64,000 nucleotides of DNA from Patellaria atrata CBS 101060 (Eukaryota), in the NCBI GenBank assembly GCA_010093705.1, contig MU006090.1, positions 1,453,817 through 1,517,816 on the forward strand, in the 5' to 3' direction. How positions within the stretch are numbered: the stretch's first letter is position 1; the number at the start of each line of letters is the position of its first letter. Below the pieces are notes generated by a model that was not told where the DNA came from, searched no databases, and worked only from the letters and a program-made list of their open reading frames with translations. Of this stretch, positions 1 through 13,294 are shown one piece after another. The position numbers and the translations under genes are program-made.

Positions 1-372
1 GGCTGGCCATCGGAGATCTGAGTAACCGGAGCTCCAGTGGGGACGGGGGCTTGCGGTTGACCATCAGAGATCTGAGTGACGGGTGCGCCGGTGGTGGGGA
101 CGGGAGCTTGAGGCTGACCGTCGGAGATCTGGGTGACTGGTGCGCCAGAAGTGGGAACGGGAGCCTGAGGCTGGCCGTCTGAAATTTGGGTTACGGGAGC
201 AGTTGGTACTGGAGCCTGAGGTTGGCCATCGGAGATCTGGGTCACCTCGGTCGGCATAGGAGCCTGGGGTTGACCATCAGAGATCTGGGTGACACCAGTT
301 GGTGCTTGTGGTTGACCGTCGGAAATCTGAGTGACTGGAGGAGTGGCCTGAGGTTGGCCATCGGGAAGCTGA
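1..372 (-). repeat. Coding tandem repeats: 8 visible PIR repeats (Q[IL][SP]DGQPQA)
   Basis: Recurrent ggYtgRccRtcRgaRatctg on the + strand near 1, 56, 113, 170, 221, 270, 311 and 352, with variable Pro/Thr/Gly spacers. Confidence 0.9.
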
Positions 373-891
373 GAAGCACTTGGTGACGTAGAGCCGCCGC
401 TGACCATGATGAAAACTGGATAGCAGTGCTCTGCCCACTCGCGGTTGTAGAGGTTGTTGATCTCTCCGCTAGGGCATTGGTACCACATAGCGGAACCATC
501 AAGAGCAAGTGTTCCATTAGCACAGACGGAGAATCCTTCAGTGACGAGGGCATTTGCTTGTGGAGGGCTATCGAATTGAAATTGGAAGTTAGAGGCAATA
601 TAACCAGTGCGGTCCTCGCTATCCATAAGGACGCCGTCCGAGAGGGTCAATTCCAAAGTTTGGGCTTGCTAAGAGATATATGTTAGAGACGAAGGACATT
701 AGGTAGACAACGAGCACACTCACCCTGCGTGATAGCCAACGCTTCGCGGACGATGAAGTAACATTTGCAGTGGTGATGGTGAACTCGCCATCATATGACG
801 GTGAGCATTCTGATGAAGTTTCTCCCGATTGAGGTAATGGGGACGCAAAAGCGTGAGCAGCAAGTGCAACAAGAGCGAGAGAGTACTGCAT
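1..891 (-). CDS. PIR-repeat cell wall mannoprotein (Cis3/Pir-like), 3' end runs off the window
   Basis: ATG at 891, signal peptide MQYSLALVALAAHAFASP, dibasic KR/RR site. Intron 723-669 (GTGAGT..CTAAC..TAG). Exon 2 reads RTGYIASNFQFQFDSPPQ...FSVC...WYQC...EHC (Pir-type domain), followed by QISDGQPQAP repeats. Confidence 0.9.
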
Positions 892-3800
892 CCTGACGAT
901 GGTATGCAAATTAGATAACGCGGGGGACAGGCAAGGACGATGTTGATGCAGGGACTATGAGTAGATACAGAATTGATAGCAAGTAGCCGCAACAGCGAAG
1001 GTAAAAAGACTGATGAGCGAGGTATCAGTCCTTAAATGATGAATTGATGTTCTGAGGAATCAAACAGCAGAAAAGTTGACAGGAAGGTGCATATATAAAA
1101 GAGGAAAATACTGGAGGCTGGACAGCGGAGGCATATATGACCCAACATGTATCATTAGCTCGCAAACACTTACAGCTAGTGAACCCTAGCAACGTACATC
1201 GACATCTGCATGAATCACTGTAGGATGGGAGGCAATTGACCTATCAGCAGCCATGTAGCTACGATTGCCACGAATGGTGGTGAAGCGGAAATGCATCAGA
1301 ACCACATCGGAACACATCATTACCCACAACGAACGTTGTAGTTCTCAACTAGGGCCATGTGAGTATGTGCAAGTATGTGCCCACAGGGGGCTGGTTGGTC
1401 ATAGTTGGCTGGGGGATGGCAAAAAAAAGAGCAGCACTAGGGGAACTGTTGAGCATGATGGTCCATCTGGGTCGTGGTAAGCAGCACTTTAGCCTCCTTC
1501 ACCATACTGGCCCATATAGAGGAATACGAACGATTCGGCCATTAAGGTAGTGGCTTGCATGTCGTTACACGGTTGCACTATATGCTCTCACGCGGCATAG
1601 CAACCCCAGTCAGTTGCCTCCAAAATTGATAGCGGGACTTTATGGTGTAGATGTACTGTACTGTACTGTACCATGTACTGTACCCTCGACCTGCTCACCG
1701 AGACTTTGCTGATGGTTTGAATTTGTTTGTAGCATTGTTGCATTTCTGCATTTTTTTTTTGCTTCATCCGGAGATTTTTGCGGTGCCAAAGAAATTCGTG
1801 AACGATAATGTTTGCCGTGGTAGCAGGTGGTGCTTGGTGGTGTGTGAGGTTCGATTGACGTTTAGATGTCGAACTACAACTCTCACCACTCACTAGTCAG
1901 TGGTGGATAGTCTCGTAGATCTTTTGCCTCCCCAATCCCCGCTCCGCCCAGCCATATCATGCCGAACATGCCCGCCGACAATCCTTTCCCGCCAGAAGCT
2001 CCAAATATCCTAAAAGAAAGATTTTCGATGCGACATTTTGAGTGAAAAGGCTCTCGAGCATCGTCTCCACTGCTACTAGCATTAATTGTCCAGCAGTGAC
2101 CAGCTGCAAGGCGTCCGAGTATACAAGTAGAACTACTCCAGCCTCCCGCCAAGTTGACCGTAAAAGTACAAAGCGCGGGGAACCCTGAGTTCGATGAGCG
2201 AGAGTGCGAGAGTGTAAGCCGATCCCGTTCAATCATTGCCGCCGTTTATAAACACAGACTTCTCCAAGACAGCCTCGAAGAACCTAAAACGGCAACGTGC
2301 TGAAGGACGAAGCTTAAACTTCTTCACCTAGATCGCCAAAATCTGTTAGCCACTCGGCCAGAATACGGTTGTGGACTATCTGGCCGTGTTGGTGAACTTC
2401 CCACTTTGGTGCTATCGCTCTATCATTTATCGATTGCAAGGTAAGCGTAGTAATGGCCCACTTTCCCATCCTAAGAGGCGGCTGAAAGGTAGGTCAGGTA
2501 GGTCCACTGGCCAATTGCGACGAGGGAAAAGCTTTGATATGGGTTTGAACGTCCGCAGGATCGGCGGCAATGTCTGAGAGTGAGTAGGCAAAGTACTTTT
2601 ATGAACGTCATGATACGTTTTCCGTCCTTACCGAACGCCACACTATTGGAGCCTTTCCACTCCTTTCCGCGGGGCATTTTTATCATTTGACAGAAACGCA
2701 GAAACCTTCTTCGCAAGAGTACATGGCCACATGCGGAGTACATGCGAGCAATCAATTTACCCTTATTGTCAAAAAAGCAATTTCGTCGTGCCAAACGTGT
2801 TATGATCGATCACACATGAAAACAACTGGAGAGGAAGGTGGCCGGATCTGTGCTCCATACCCTTCTGAAAGATGTGTTACCTCGATCGTGTACCCTGTAC
2901 CGTCGATTTAGGGTGTACCATCATGTTGTACTGTACTGCTGCTATCTTCAGCTGGGCAGCGGATAGCATGGCTGTACCCATTTTTGGATTCCAGCCATTC
3001 GTAGAGGGTGCTCGCCACCCATCACAACCTATCTTCTTGCAGGATCCGGTGGGTCTAGTCGTTAACCTCGCATAGTACGCTTGTTTCTAAATACTGGTGT
3101 GGATGGATGGATGTGTTAGTAAGATATTGTCATTGGTTCAATCGCTGGCGCAGGTCGGCGTACAGTACCGTACTACGTACATCCACAGCTTTTTTGCAAC
3201 TTAGCGGATCTGCGTCGCGATGGACTTAAAGCAAGTTGAGAACATCAAACCCTGGTGTGTCAAACGTTTGATGATTATATTTAATATGTGAGACTCCCGA
3301 ACAAGGGTGAGATCTTGATTCTCTAGTTATGTTCCTGCTCAGGATTTATGTTCATTTAGTCTGGCGTATAAACAATTGTACCGTCAAGTTGGACCCTTCA
3401 TGCATATCTCGAAAGGCCTGTACAATGCGGTCAGAGATCTTATTAGACTGTGCATATGATACCCGGAAGTTCCATGCCGGGGCGTAAAATAATTGTGACC
3501 TTCCAATCACTAATAAGATTTACGTGAATTCCCACGCTTTAATCGATCCTTTTCACCAAGGATGAGAGCTTTCCGGGATCCAGCATACAGCATCCTGCAC
3601 CGCCCGGAGAGTAAAGTAACTTCCCTATGTGGTCTGTTACACCAAGAGGGAACATTACTTCCTTGACTTGACGTTGATGAGCGGAGCGGCTGGGCATATC
3701 GAGTGATGACACCAAAGCCAAGGACATATCTAAAATTCCGTAATGTCCAGACTCGGGACAAGGAGTTTCCGCGCGGCACATGGTAATGATATTCGGGGAG

Positions 3801-3920
3801 GTCGTCGTGTAACACACTTTGAACATTAGGTTAAAAGGTTCTCTGAACGTGAGATTCGGATGAGGTTTTTCCAGTCATCAATCCTATCGATATGTAGATC
3901 GTAGTGCCTCGCTAATTCCA

Positions 3921-4748
3921 TCATTTTTTGTTTTGGTTGAACTGCATACTGTACCCGCCGGTATTCTCATCTTTGACAAAGTTAAAGTTGTCGGTAGAAA
4001 GACCAAATGGTTTGAGTATGCCGTTCCCGAGGTTCTTCAGTTTGCCCATCATTTCGCCCATCTCTTTCTGCTTTGCCTCTTCTAGCCTTGGCGGTAAAGT
4101 GGATAGCGCCTTCCGCACAGTCTGCTGATCGAGGGAACTCAGATGGTTCATCTGGGAAAGTTGTCGATAATCTTCATCGGCTCCCTGTAGGGCAGCCCAT
4201 CCCCCAAGTTCTATCCTCGCTTTTGCGCGCCGCAGCAATGCTTTTGCCCTGAGCTTTCGAATCTCATCATGTGTTCTGCCTCCTTTCAGCAAAGCCTCTA
4301 TCTTTTCTGCCGTGTTGTCGTCGATCTCCTCGACTTTTGCTTCCTCGCCGCTCTTCGAAGGGGGGTCCATATGATCTAGCGAGTCCAAGGCCTGTGTTGC
4401 CGACTCAATTGCTGCTTTCCAATCTGCTAACTTCAAATGGCAAGCGGCTATATTGCTTCGAAGGACGGCAATTTCATAGTCAAGGTAATTTGGACACGAG
4501 GCGAGAGCTTTGTCGTAACCTCGAATAGCTTCATCGTAATCTGCTGTGGCGAACAATCTGTTTGCTGATGCTTTCAACTTGTTATATTCGTCGAGAAGGT
4601 CCTAAACATTTGTGAGCTTCTGATTTTATGCTTGAATAAGGCTCCATACCTTCTCCTCTTCAGGGATTAAACGGTCAATTGTCAGCTCCTCCTCGCTCTT
4701 GCGCTCAGGAGCTGCCGGTCTTAGATCTTCCTGAGTAGTAGATGACAT
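3921..4748 (-). CDS. Tetratricopeptide repeat protein, TTC1-like
   Basis: ATG 4748 (MSSTTQEDL), intron about 4649-4602. TPR motifs (ANRLFATADYDEAIRGY; SNIAACHLKLADWKAAI; KALLRRAKA). C-terminal MMGKLKNLGNGILKPFGLSTDNF...TGGYSMQF is typical of TTC1. Confidence 0.88.
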
Positions 4749-5032
4749 GATACCGTAGCTTTTTGACTCTATCAATTGTGAGGTGTATAGACTCCACGCG
4801 GTTGGTGTGTACTGCACGGAGCACTCCGTACGCGACTGGGGCATCACCGAATGATGCTGCGCTAAGGTTTGCGGCCAAAAAAGCTTGGTATTCAGCCAAC
4901 CGATCACAACCGAGATACGAGAACGACTCGAACGAGATCCGCAAACGAGCCTTAACACTCCTGTACCTTCTTCAAACACCCTCACTTTCTCGCTGCTTCG
5001 CACAGTGTACAGACTCTGTAGCACTGGGAATC

Positions 5033-6140
5033 ATGTCGGAGTACGTCGATTCTGATCAACATTGCAGGCAATTGCAAGCTGATTAACTCCAAGCTTGCCC
5101 CCAATCAAGGCATGTCTGTTTGACATGGACGGTCTCTTGATCGATTCCGAGGATCTGTATTCGATATGTACGAATAAAATTCTCCGCGAACATGGTAGAC
5201 CAGAATTACCGTGGAGCATAAAGGCGCGTCTGCAAGGTCGACCTGGTCCAGAGGTTCGTAGGTACTTAGTCTTGACATGCGCAGACCATGCTCGTACCGC
5301 ATGGTTAAAGACTACCTAGTCTGTTGCACAACAACTGTTATACAACTTTGACCACCGCAATGCTTTAGTCTAGTCAAGTGTTATATGATCCTCGTGGTTG
5401 ACATAAACCCCCCTTAGGCCCAACATATCTTCGAATCCTGGGCACAGCTCCCCCTCACCACAGAAGAATACCTCACGAAGCAAACCGAACTGCAAAGTAA
5501 ACATTTTCCCTCTACCAAGCCCCTTCCCGGTGTACCTCAACTGCTCCAAACACTAGCTAACGCCTCGCCCCCAATCCGCATTGCCCTTGCAACCTCGTCC
5601 AACACGCGCAATTTCAAACTGAAGACAGCACATCTGGAAGACCCCTTGTTCAAAGTCTTCGATCCGGAGCACAGAGTCCTAGGCGATGATTCCCGCATTC
5701 CAAAAGGAAAGGGGAAACCAGCGCCGGATATTTGGTTAGTTGCCTTAGAGACGATAAATGCATCCCTCCGCGCAAAAGGAGAGGCGGAGATCAAGCCGGT
5801 GGAATGTCTGGTATTCGAGGATTCGGTTACGGGTGTGGAATCAGGCCGTAGAGCGGGTATGCAGGTTGTGTGGTGCCCACATGTTGGCTTACTGAAGGAA
5901 TATAAAGGACGGGAGGAAGAAGTATTAGCAGGGTTAACTGGTGAACACAAGGAACCAAAAGATGAGGGAGAACAGATAATTGAGGACGTTAAAGAGGACG
6001 CAGAAGAAAAGGAGAAACAGGCGGGTCTACATAGGAAAGGGGAGCCTGGACAGATTGGTGATGGATGGGGTAGGTTGCTTGAGACATTGGAAAATTTTCC
6101 GTATGAGAGTTATGGTATCAAACCTCAATGGGGCACTTAG
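5033..6140 (+). CDS. HAD-superfamily hydrolase (pseudouridine-5'-phosphatase/HDHD1-like)
   Basis: 8-nt first exon ATGTCGGA, intron 5041-5093, then ACLFDMDGLLIDSE (motif I). Second intron about 5254-5417. Later motifs ALATSS, GKPAPDI, CLVFEDSVTGVESGRRAGM. Confidence 0.9.
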
Positions 6141-6303
6141 GGGGAAATTGGACTGGATATAAAGCGCATTTGTTCCAGTGAGAATAACGCCACGATGTGA
6201 GATAAGGGTTTCATTCCAATATACATAACAATGTTGATCATTACACATAAACGCCGGAAAATCTACTTTACTCACAACCCTAACTCCACAGCTAAATTTT
6301 TCC

Positions 6304-8108
6304 CTACAGCGGCGAAACCAGTTCACCTTTCTCCTCTTTCGCTACACCTCGCTCCCCCTTCGCCACCATCTCCTCATCTTTATTACCGCACTCTTTCTCC
6401 ATAGCTTCCAATTCCGCCCTTCCTACCTCCTTCCCGTCAATTTCCTCGCTAGGAACCCTGCCCGGAGCTTCCACTCTCGCCACCCCTGCGTCCAACTCCG
6501 CCACCATCCCCGCATCCATCTCATACCCAACCTTTTCGTCCATGATCTCGAAATAGGGCCTCCCCTCAAGCTCAACCCCTTTAGTCGTTCTACTGCTCGA
6601 ACTATCATCGCTTTGGCTTTCGAGGTGCTGTTTCTGCTGGCGGCGACGGCGTCGGAAGTACCACAACCCGGCGAGAAGGAAAACCAGTATAATAAATATA
6701 AGAACACCAACGATTATGCCTATCATTGAGGCAGTAGAGAGGGTCTCCTTGTCGTCAGAGTTCGGTAAAGTGTAAAAGGAGTCGTTAACATCGCTTTCGC
6801 CGGAATTTGGTGATTCGATAGTAACAATATCTGGTTCGCTGCTACTGTCCCACCATGCTTGGTGGACGGAGAAGTTGTCGCGCTCGTAATCGACAATGAG
6901 ATACGCTTCTTGGAGGAACGTGCGGCCGAGGGTGTACTGTGTCTCATTGGCTGCTCTGCGGAGGGGGAAGTATCTCCTGCTGGTATCAACACCGGGATAG
7001 TCACTCGTGAGAGTGAGGTCGAATGAAGAGTAGGGTAGGGTTATATTGAGCGATCCCGATACAGAAAAGTTGGCGAAAAGCTCGAAGGTGATATTTGCGT
7101 TCTGTTCTGCTGCTTTGTGGTGCTGTTGGTCGGTGAGAAAGTACAAATTGAACGTCTCGTCGTACATCAAGCCGAACGCGGATTCAAAGTTGTCGCATGC
7201 GTCTTTCGGGAGCCAGATATGTGAAGTTCCGCCGTCCAACAAAGCGTAAATCTTTTCCCGATATAACGAAACCTCGGACGATTGATCCCGTATGCTTATG
7301 GAAGAGATACCGACTACTATATCTCGATATGTGACAGGATTCATCTTAAATATTACATCATTCGGCGTGAATCGTGACTGATCATACCCTCCAAGGGTCA
7401 AACTTGCCTGGATTCCCTGCTCTCCTATGTGAACATAAGCATTGTATACAAATCTATTTTGATGGACTTACTATATTTTGCTCCTGCATTATATCCGTAA
7501 GACAAACTCGGAATCTCCTCATTGTCTCTCAGAAGCGTTAGTAAACTTGGTTGTGGGTCGTTAAATGTACTGAAATTTGTAGGCCGATTCGAGATCCCGA
7601 TCAGACCCAAGTAGAAGTCCTCGGAATCTGTAGCTGCAATAATGGAGTGATTAACCTTGGGTCCTCCACTCCCCGTCCATCCGATGCCAACCTCATCGAA
7701 TCCATATGTCCCGATTCCGTAATAACCCAGATTGCTCTGGTCGGAAAGCTCATACATTGCGTTGCTTTCCCATGAGTCGGAAGAGAACGGATTGAAGAGA
7801 TAACCGCGCTTATTCCGACAATCTGAGTCGGTCACGTTGCATGAGTCTGTCGATATTGTCCATGTCTCCTGACCAGAAGTTGCGATGAGGAGCTTCACTG
7901 TCTGAGCTGGGTTGCCAATTCGAAGTGGGAAAGTGCTCCAGTCACCATCATTACCATCGCTTGATGAAAATTACTAATAAATTCTTAGGGATATTAGAAT
8001 ATATATAACTTACAAGTCGCCGGTTGGCTCAATAGTTATTGCTCTCGGGCGGTTGTCTTGGTCAGCTGTCGAGTCCTGACGACGTCCGATAGGACTTCCA
8101 GAACGCAT
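6304..8108 (-). CDS. Membrane-anchored pepsin-like (A1) aspartyl protease homologue; start uncertain
   Basis: Spliced exons (introns about 8013-7960 and 7471-7425) give DGNDGDWSTFPLRIGNPAQ, SLTLGGYD, LLDGGTS and YTLGRTFLQEAYLIVDYER. These are followed by a TM helix (IGIIVGVLIFIILVFLLAGLWYF), RRRRR and an acidic tail. Confidence 0.85.
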
Positions 8109-8993
8109 GGCCAGAGCTGTGTTGTTACCATTAGGTTAGGATAGTCATGCTACTCACAAAACGCTAAACAGACTAGTTAACCGTAGATGTTTAGTATAAC
8201 GGTTCTGATCTTATGAACCAGAGAATAGCCTTGAATGTAGGATTGATCTAGATAATCGCTAGAAGCACTTAACGACGCGAAGGAGTCAGATATCGAAGTG
8301 AATCGGTTCCCCTGGGGTTCTGATGTCCTTCATGTACCATTGAACTGGGACGGCTCCGAACGTTATGTGACCCGACACGCCCGACTAGCGATAATGCCAA
8401 TGGCGCATCATTTTTTGGAATTGCAGTAATTGCTATAGCGTGCCAGGATAGGAGTCTAGATTGTCCCGATTATCAGCTGTATGACTGGCTCCAAAGAGAA
8501 TCCAACAGTTTCAAATTTACAGAGTTCAGCTCGTTGGACCGTAGTTGTTTCTGTACTTGGTTAAGGATAAGTTCTCGGATGCATGTCCCTGGACACGGTA
8601 TTTTCGGCGGCATCTGATCGCTCTATCATCGACGTTATGGATTGGTGTGTATCTTAAGGGGCCGATATGTATGTTAGGACGAGGGCTGGGCGTAATATAA
8701 ATCCTTGTATTTAGACCCTGCGTATTTGAGGCTAAGTTGACTCCATATCGATGACTAGGATAATATCCCGGTAGGGCAGCGATACCGGGGTAGCGGACTC
8801 AATTTCTAGTCGTTAGGATGGTTCACCTCTGTAAATGAAATCGACGACGTTGAGAGCTTTTATGATATGATCATGGTCACCGTCCCTAAGTACAGATGCT
8901 TCGTCCAATAAATTGGATGCTCCCGCTATCAACCAAGGAAATCAACTTGTCTTCTCTTTCTTCAATATAGAATCCTAATAAGGGAAACGTGAA

Positions 8994-9901
8994 ATGCGAT
9001 TGAAAGACGCTTTCGTATTTCTTGGCTTAATTGGGGTCGTCATCGCTGGTGCGATTCACTTCATGAAATGATTGGTTAGGTTGACGTTTAATTCTTCCAG
9101 ATGAGACCCAATGGGACGACTCTGCTTGCTCGGGATGCGAAGTCGGTTGTCCTGATGGCATAGGAACGGTCTGGACAACCCTTTATACATATCTGGTCGA
9201 AACAGTCTACATCCAGATAGACAATAGCACAGGAAGTACAACCACTCTATCCGTGGAACCAAATCCCGATGCACGATCTTCCTTCTCCTATTTGTCTAGC
9301 TCCGCTGAGGACTACTTGATCCATCATTATGGTAATCCTGGAGGTGTTGCGGATGGAACCGTGATAGTCGACACTTTCATGCGAGGATCTCAACAGCTGA
9401 CAATGTAAGTATCAAAAACGTACCAACAATGAGAATATAGATTTGAGAATTATAAGGACTTATCCGACATCTTACTTGCGGCTGTACACCTTCGACGTCC
9501 GGTCGACATTCTCTACAACCCAAGGGTCCACTTCAATATGTACAACGACTTGGCGTACGTTCGGTTTATCATCTTTCAGTCTCTATACAATAGATCCATC
9601 AGACACGAGCTGGCTCACTCCTTACACATATCCAGAGGGCCTGGCGACTTTCCTCGGGACACTACCGTACAAAGCTTATATCACACTCGACGATGGTAGG
9701 CTGATCTCTTGTACTCCTGGTAGATGTAATGGTATCCCGACGACTAAGATACCGATCGTTGGTACTAAGAAGACAATAACTCGGCATGGTAGAGTCGTAG
9801 AAACAGCAGCTCCAGAGCAAGCTTCTTCCGCTTTTGCGCCGGGACCGGTTTCAACGTTTTCAGTTACGACCTCCACGCCAGCAGTACGGAGTATGACATG
9901 A
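8994..9901 (+). CDS. Secreted Ser/Thr-rich hypothetical protein (3 exons)
   Basis: ATG 8994, signal peptide MRLKDAFVFLGLIGVVIA. Introns about 9049-9100 and 9406-9457 join in frame to DETQWDDSACSGCEVGC... and to the 9443-9901 ORF (TYPTSY...). Confidence 0.7.
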
Positions 9902-10557
9902 CGAATCGTAAAACTTGAGTGTTGCTAAACAATAAAATATGACTCATAAATAAATGACAATGATATGAAAATTACAAAGATTTCATAGACAGTGGAAATG
10001 AAGAACTAAAAAAAGTCAGGGGAGAACATATGCAACATGTTCGCTTAGAGTGACATGCGGTCCAGTATCGCGCTTAGTTCTGCTATATTTTCACCCAATA
10101 CTATTACTGTTAGGACGGACTGATGATGTACATATGAAAGTATCAGGAGAACAATTTACGGAGTAGCTGAATGCTTTCTCTTCAGATGCTGAAGATGTCT
10201 ATTTTTGATACCGAAATTATCCCGGTCTATTATATAGTAACCACGGCGTTGTAAGTACGGCCTGTGTGGTGTATATCTGAAATAAGTTCAATTAAACAGT
10301 TACGTACTCCCTATAGAAATACCGTAGCTCTTCTTATTCATGAATCAAGTGATCGTATCTACAAGGAACTCAAAACATGCATAATCGAATGGAAATGAAC
10401 ATACCTATGTTGTACCCTTAGGTTATTGCCAATGTATAGCCCCAAAGTCCCATGGATAACCGTCCTAAACGCCAAACTGATACACTTGAACTGAAGGAAA
10501 ATCAAAAAGTGATATGTTCATCTCCACAGCATCGTAGGAAAGGAAGAAAATATCTCC

Positions 10558-11810
10558 TCATATCCCCAACCAATACTTCCCTCTTTCATATACGAAAAAG
10601 CTTGTCGCGACCATCGGCACTACCTTCACATATCCAATTCCTAACCCAACAAAGAAACCCCTCCAACCTCTCTCCCTCCAAATCTTCTTCGCAACCTCGC
10701 CCATACCTAGGCGATGACCATCTCCAACGACGCCTCCAACCTGCATGCGCCGACGGATAACCTCGAGGGGATAAGACACGGTCTGTGAAACAAAGCCTGC
10801 GATACCACCCGCCGAGAGTTCGGCCCACGCTTTCAGCTGCGCCGGTTTATCCGAATCTCGTGACTTGCCGCGCGGACCTGGGAGTGTCGTGTGCGATGCA
10901 AGCGATGGGGAGCGGAGAATATCAGAAACGTGGTCATGCGTAAGGAAGGAGGAGCCGGCGTAGGGTAGCATTCCCCATAGGGTTGCGGTGAAACCGCGGA
11001 AGAAGTTTGCAAGGCCGTAGCGTGGGGTGAGATTATGAATGGTATGGGTGACAGCACCCTCGGCATGGGCGCTACTCTGAGCGGAGGGTAGGGTTGGATG
11101 CTCATAGTAGATTTTGCGGCAGATAGAGGAGAGGGAGGAGCGCACGTCGTGTTTAGTTTCGAAAGCGAGGCGGACACGGATCACTTCGAGAGGGTAGGTA
11201 AGAAAGACCGAAACGCACCCGGCGAGGGAGCCGCTGATGAAACGCCGAACGTGAGTCTCTTGGGCCTTTTCTTTGATGACCCGAGCGCGGATTTGCTCGT
11301 ATGCGAGGAATTTGATGCCAGCGTAGGGGAAAATGCGGAGAAGGGTTGCAGAGTGTCCTCGGAACAGTCCTCGTGTACCATCTGCGCCATAGATATCCCT
11401 AATCGCCGTGGCCACACCGGTCCAGGAGCCGGTGTATTTTGCAAATTGGGGATTGGAGGCTTGGAACAGGATCTTGACACGGTCAAGCGGCCCGACGACG
11501 GTTTTGGCCTATGCATATCAGTATTATTAGCGGCGGTACTTTTACAGTGTCAATGTGCATTATTTTCCCTTACCGCGCATCCGGCAAGACCTCCTGCAAG
11601 CCCACTTTTGATGATATACTCCCAACTTCGATGATCGATCCGTTCGGGAAGCACATCATCCTTGTGTTTGGGGATGATCGCATCGTCGTCTGTAGGACAT
11701 ATCGAAGGCTCTCGAATGGGTGGTGCAGCGTTGGATATCGGTATAGAGGTCATCGTTGGTGGTTCGTCGGGATGGGAGGAGGCATGGCCGCCCAGGATGC
11801 TCGATGGCAT
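10558..11810 (-). CDS. leu5: Mitochondrial carrier, CoA transporter Leu5/SLC25A16-like
   Basis: KSGLAGGLAGCA, intron 11573-11509, AKTVVGPLDRVKILFQASNPQFAKY. Also GHSATLLRIFPYAGIKFLAYEQ and three Px[DE]xx[KR] carrier motifs. Confidence 0.92.
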
Positions 11811-13294
11811 CCCACTGCGGACCGGGGGCTCTAGTTATCGGCGGGTCATAAGAGTACAGAGTTTGAGTTGGGATTGGGGGATAGTGAACGGCGTCCCTAA
11901 TTTTATTCTTGCGCGGTGGTCTAATCTGTAGAACTGTAGTTTCAAGAATGAGCACAGGATCAAGCGGATCGGGCGAACAGACGGATGACGTTACCGTAAT
12001 TTTTAAACCTTAAGAAACGACACCTCGGTAACCTAATTAGCACGTTTCTTAACTGAATAACGACCTGCCGCGCATCGATGTAATTCTCTTTTTCTTCAAC
12101 TTTTTCTTTGGTCTAAAATTATTTACACGAATTCAAAGTCCATTCAAGAATTAATGGGAGAAGCTCGGGTACTCATACGAAGAAAAGCAAACGTTCGAAA
12201 GTCCTCGGTATACTCGCATGGTTTTCTTTCCACACTGGTCCGGATTTGGGCGGCTTAACAAGGAACGGCTTTCGTACGGAGCATCATGGCATCCTGTTAA
12301 AGTACTCACCCCAGCCACACAGGCACTCCCTAATTCGGAGTTGATTCGGTTTCGTGAGCATGAAAGTTTGCACGGTACCTCACAGATTATCTCTTTTCAG
12401 AGCGGTGAAATATATGTTCTATGCATAATACTACGGTACTACAGCACCGTACTGCATGAACTACTGCGCCCTCGCTCTCTTGGTCTAGGGAGTTTTAGCA
12501 TACCCTGATCTCATCGGTGATCGGAATGCCACAACAGGAGAAAGATAATGCAGAGTCACTACTGGAAGGAAATCATATCAATTGTATCTTCTAACCAAAG
12601 CCATGATTTCATCAACATCCAGCCTATAGTGTTCACTAGGTGTTGGATGGCAAACTTGGCATCAATCTACGTTCCCAGGTCCTCGGTCAGCTGATGTTAC
12701 TCCATTGGGCCATCTTGACTTATTATGACAAGCACCTGCAGCCGCCATAACGTTTTATACCTAACTAGTAAGCAAATCAAGCACGGTGTCGGGGGGAATG
12801 GTGGTGTTTTGGTGATTTTGAGGATTATGGCATAGTACGTTGATCAACAGAAGAGGGTGTATTATACATTACAGCACAGAGGGAGAGGGGGCAGCCGCTA
12901 TACAACTCTGGCGTGTACGCTACGATACATTAATGTCCAATGTGTTAAAAACTGGTCTTTAGTTGTGTTATATAGCGATATCCTCGGTACGAGGACCCCT
13001 CTTAGAAGGTGAATGATCATCAAGTTATGTTTTAGAGGGAAAGGGAAAGTGAAAGGGTGACTAGAGCAAGATTGCCAAACTAAAAATTGTTCGAATTCGA
13101 CGCTTCGATTACGCTATTGATATGGAAGTTATAGAAGAGACTGTATTTTAACTAGTTGAGAGAGAACGTTTTATACCATCAAATGAGAGTCACAAGAGGG
13201 TTTAAGGGAGAGACAACGAAGTATGTCTCAGTAAAAGAAGAAGAAAAAAATAGAAATCAATGGTCTGAGGTGTGATCGTTTCCGGGGTAAGTCT

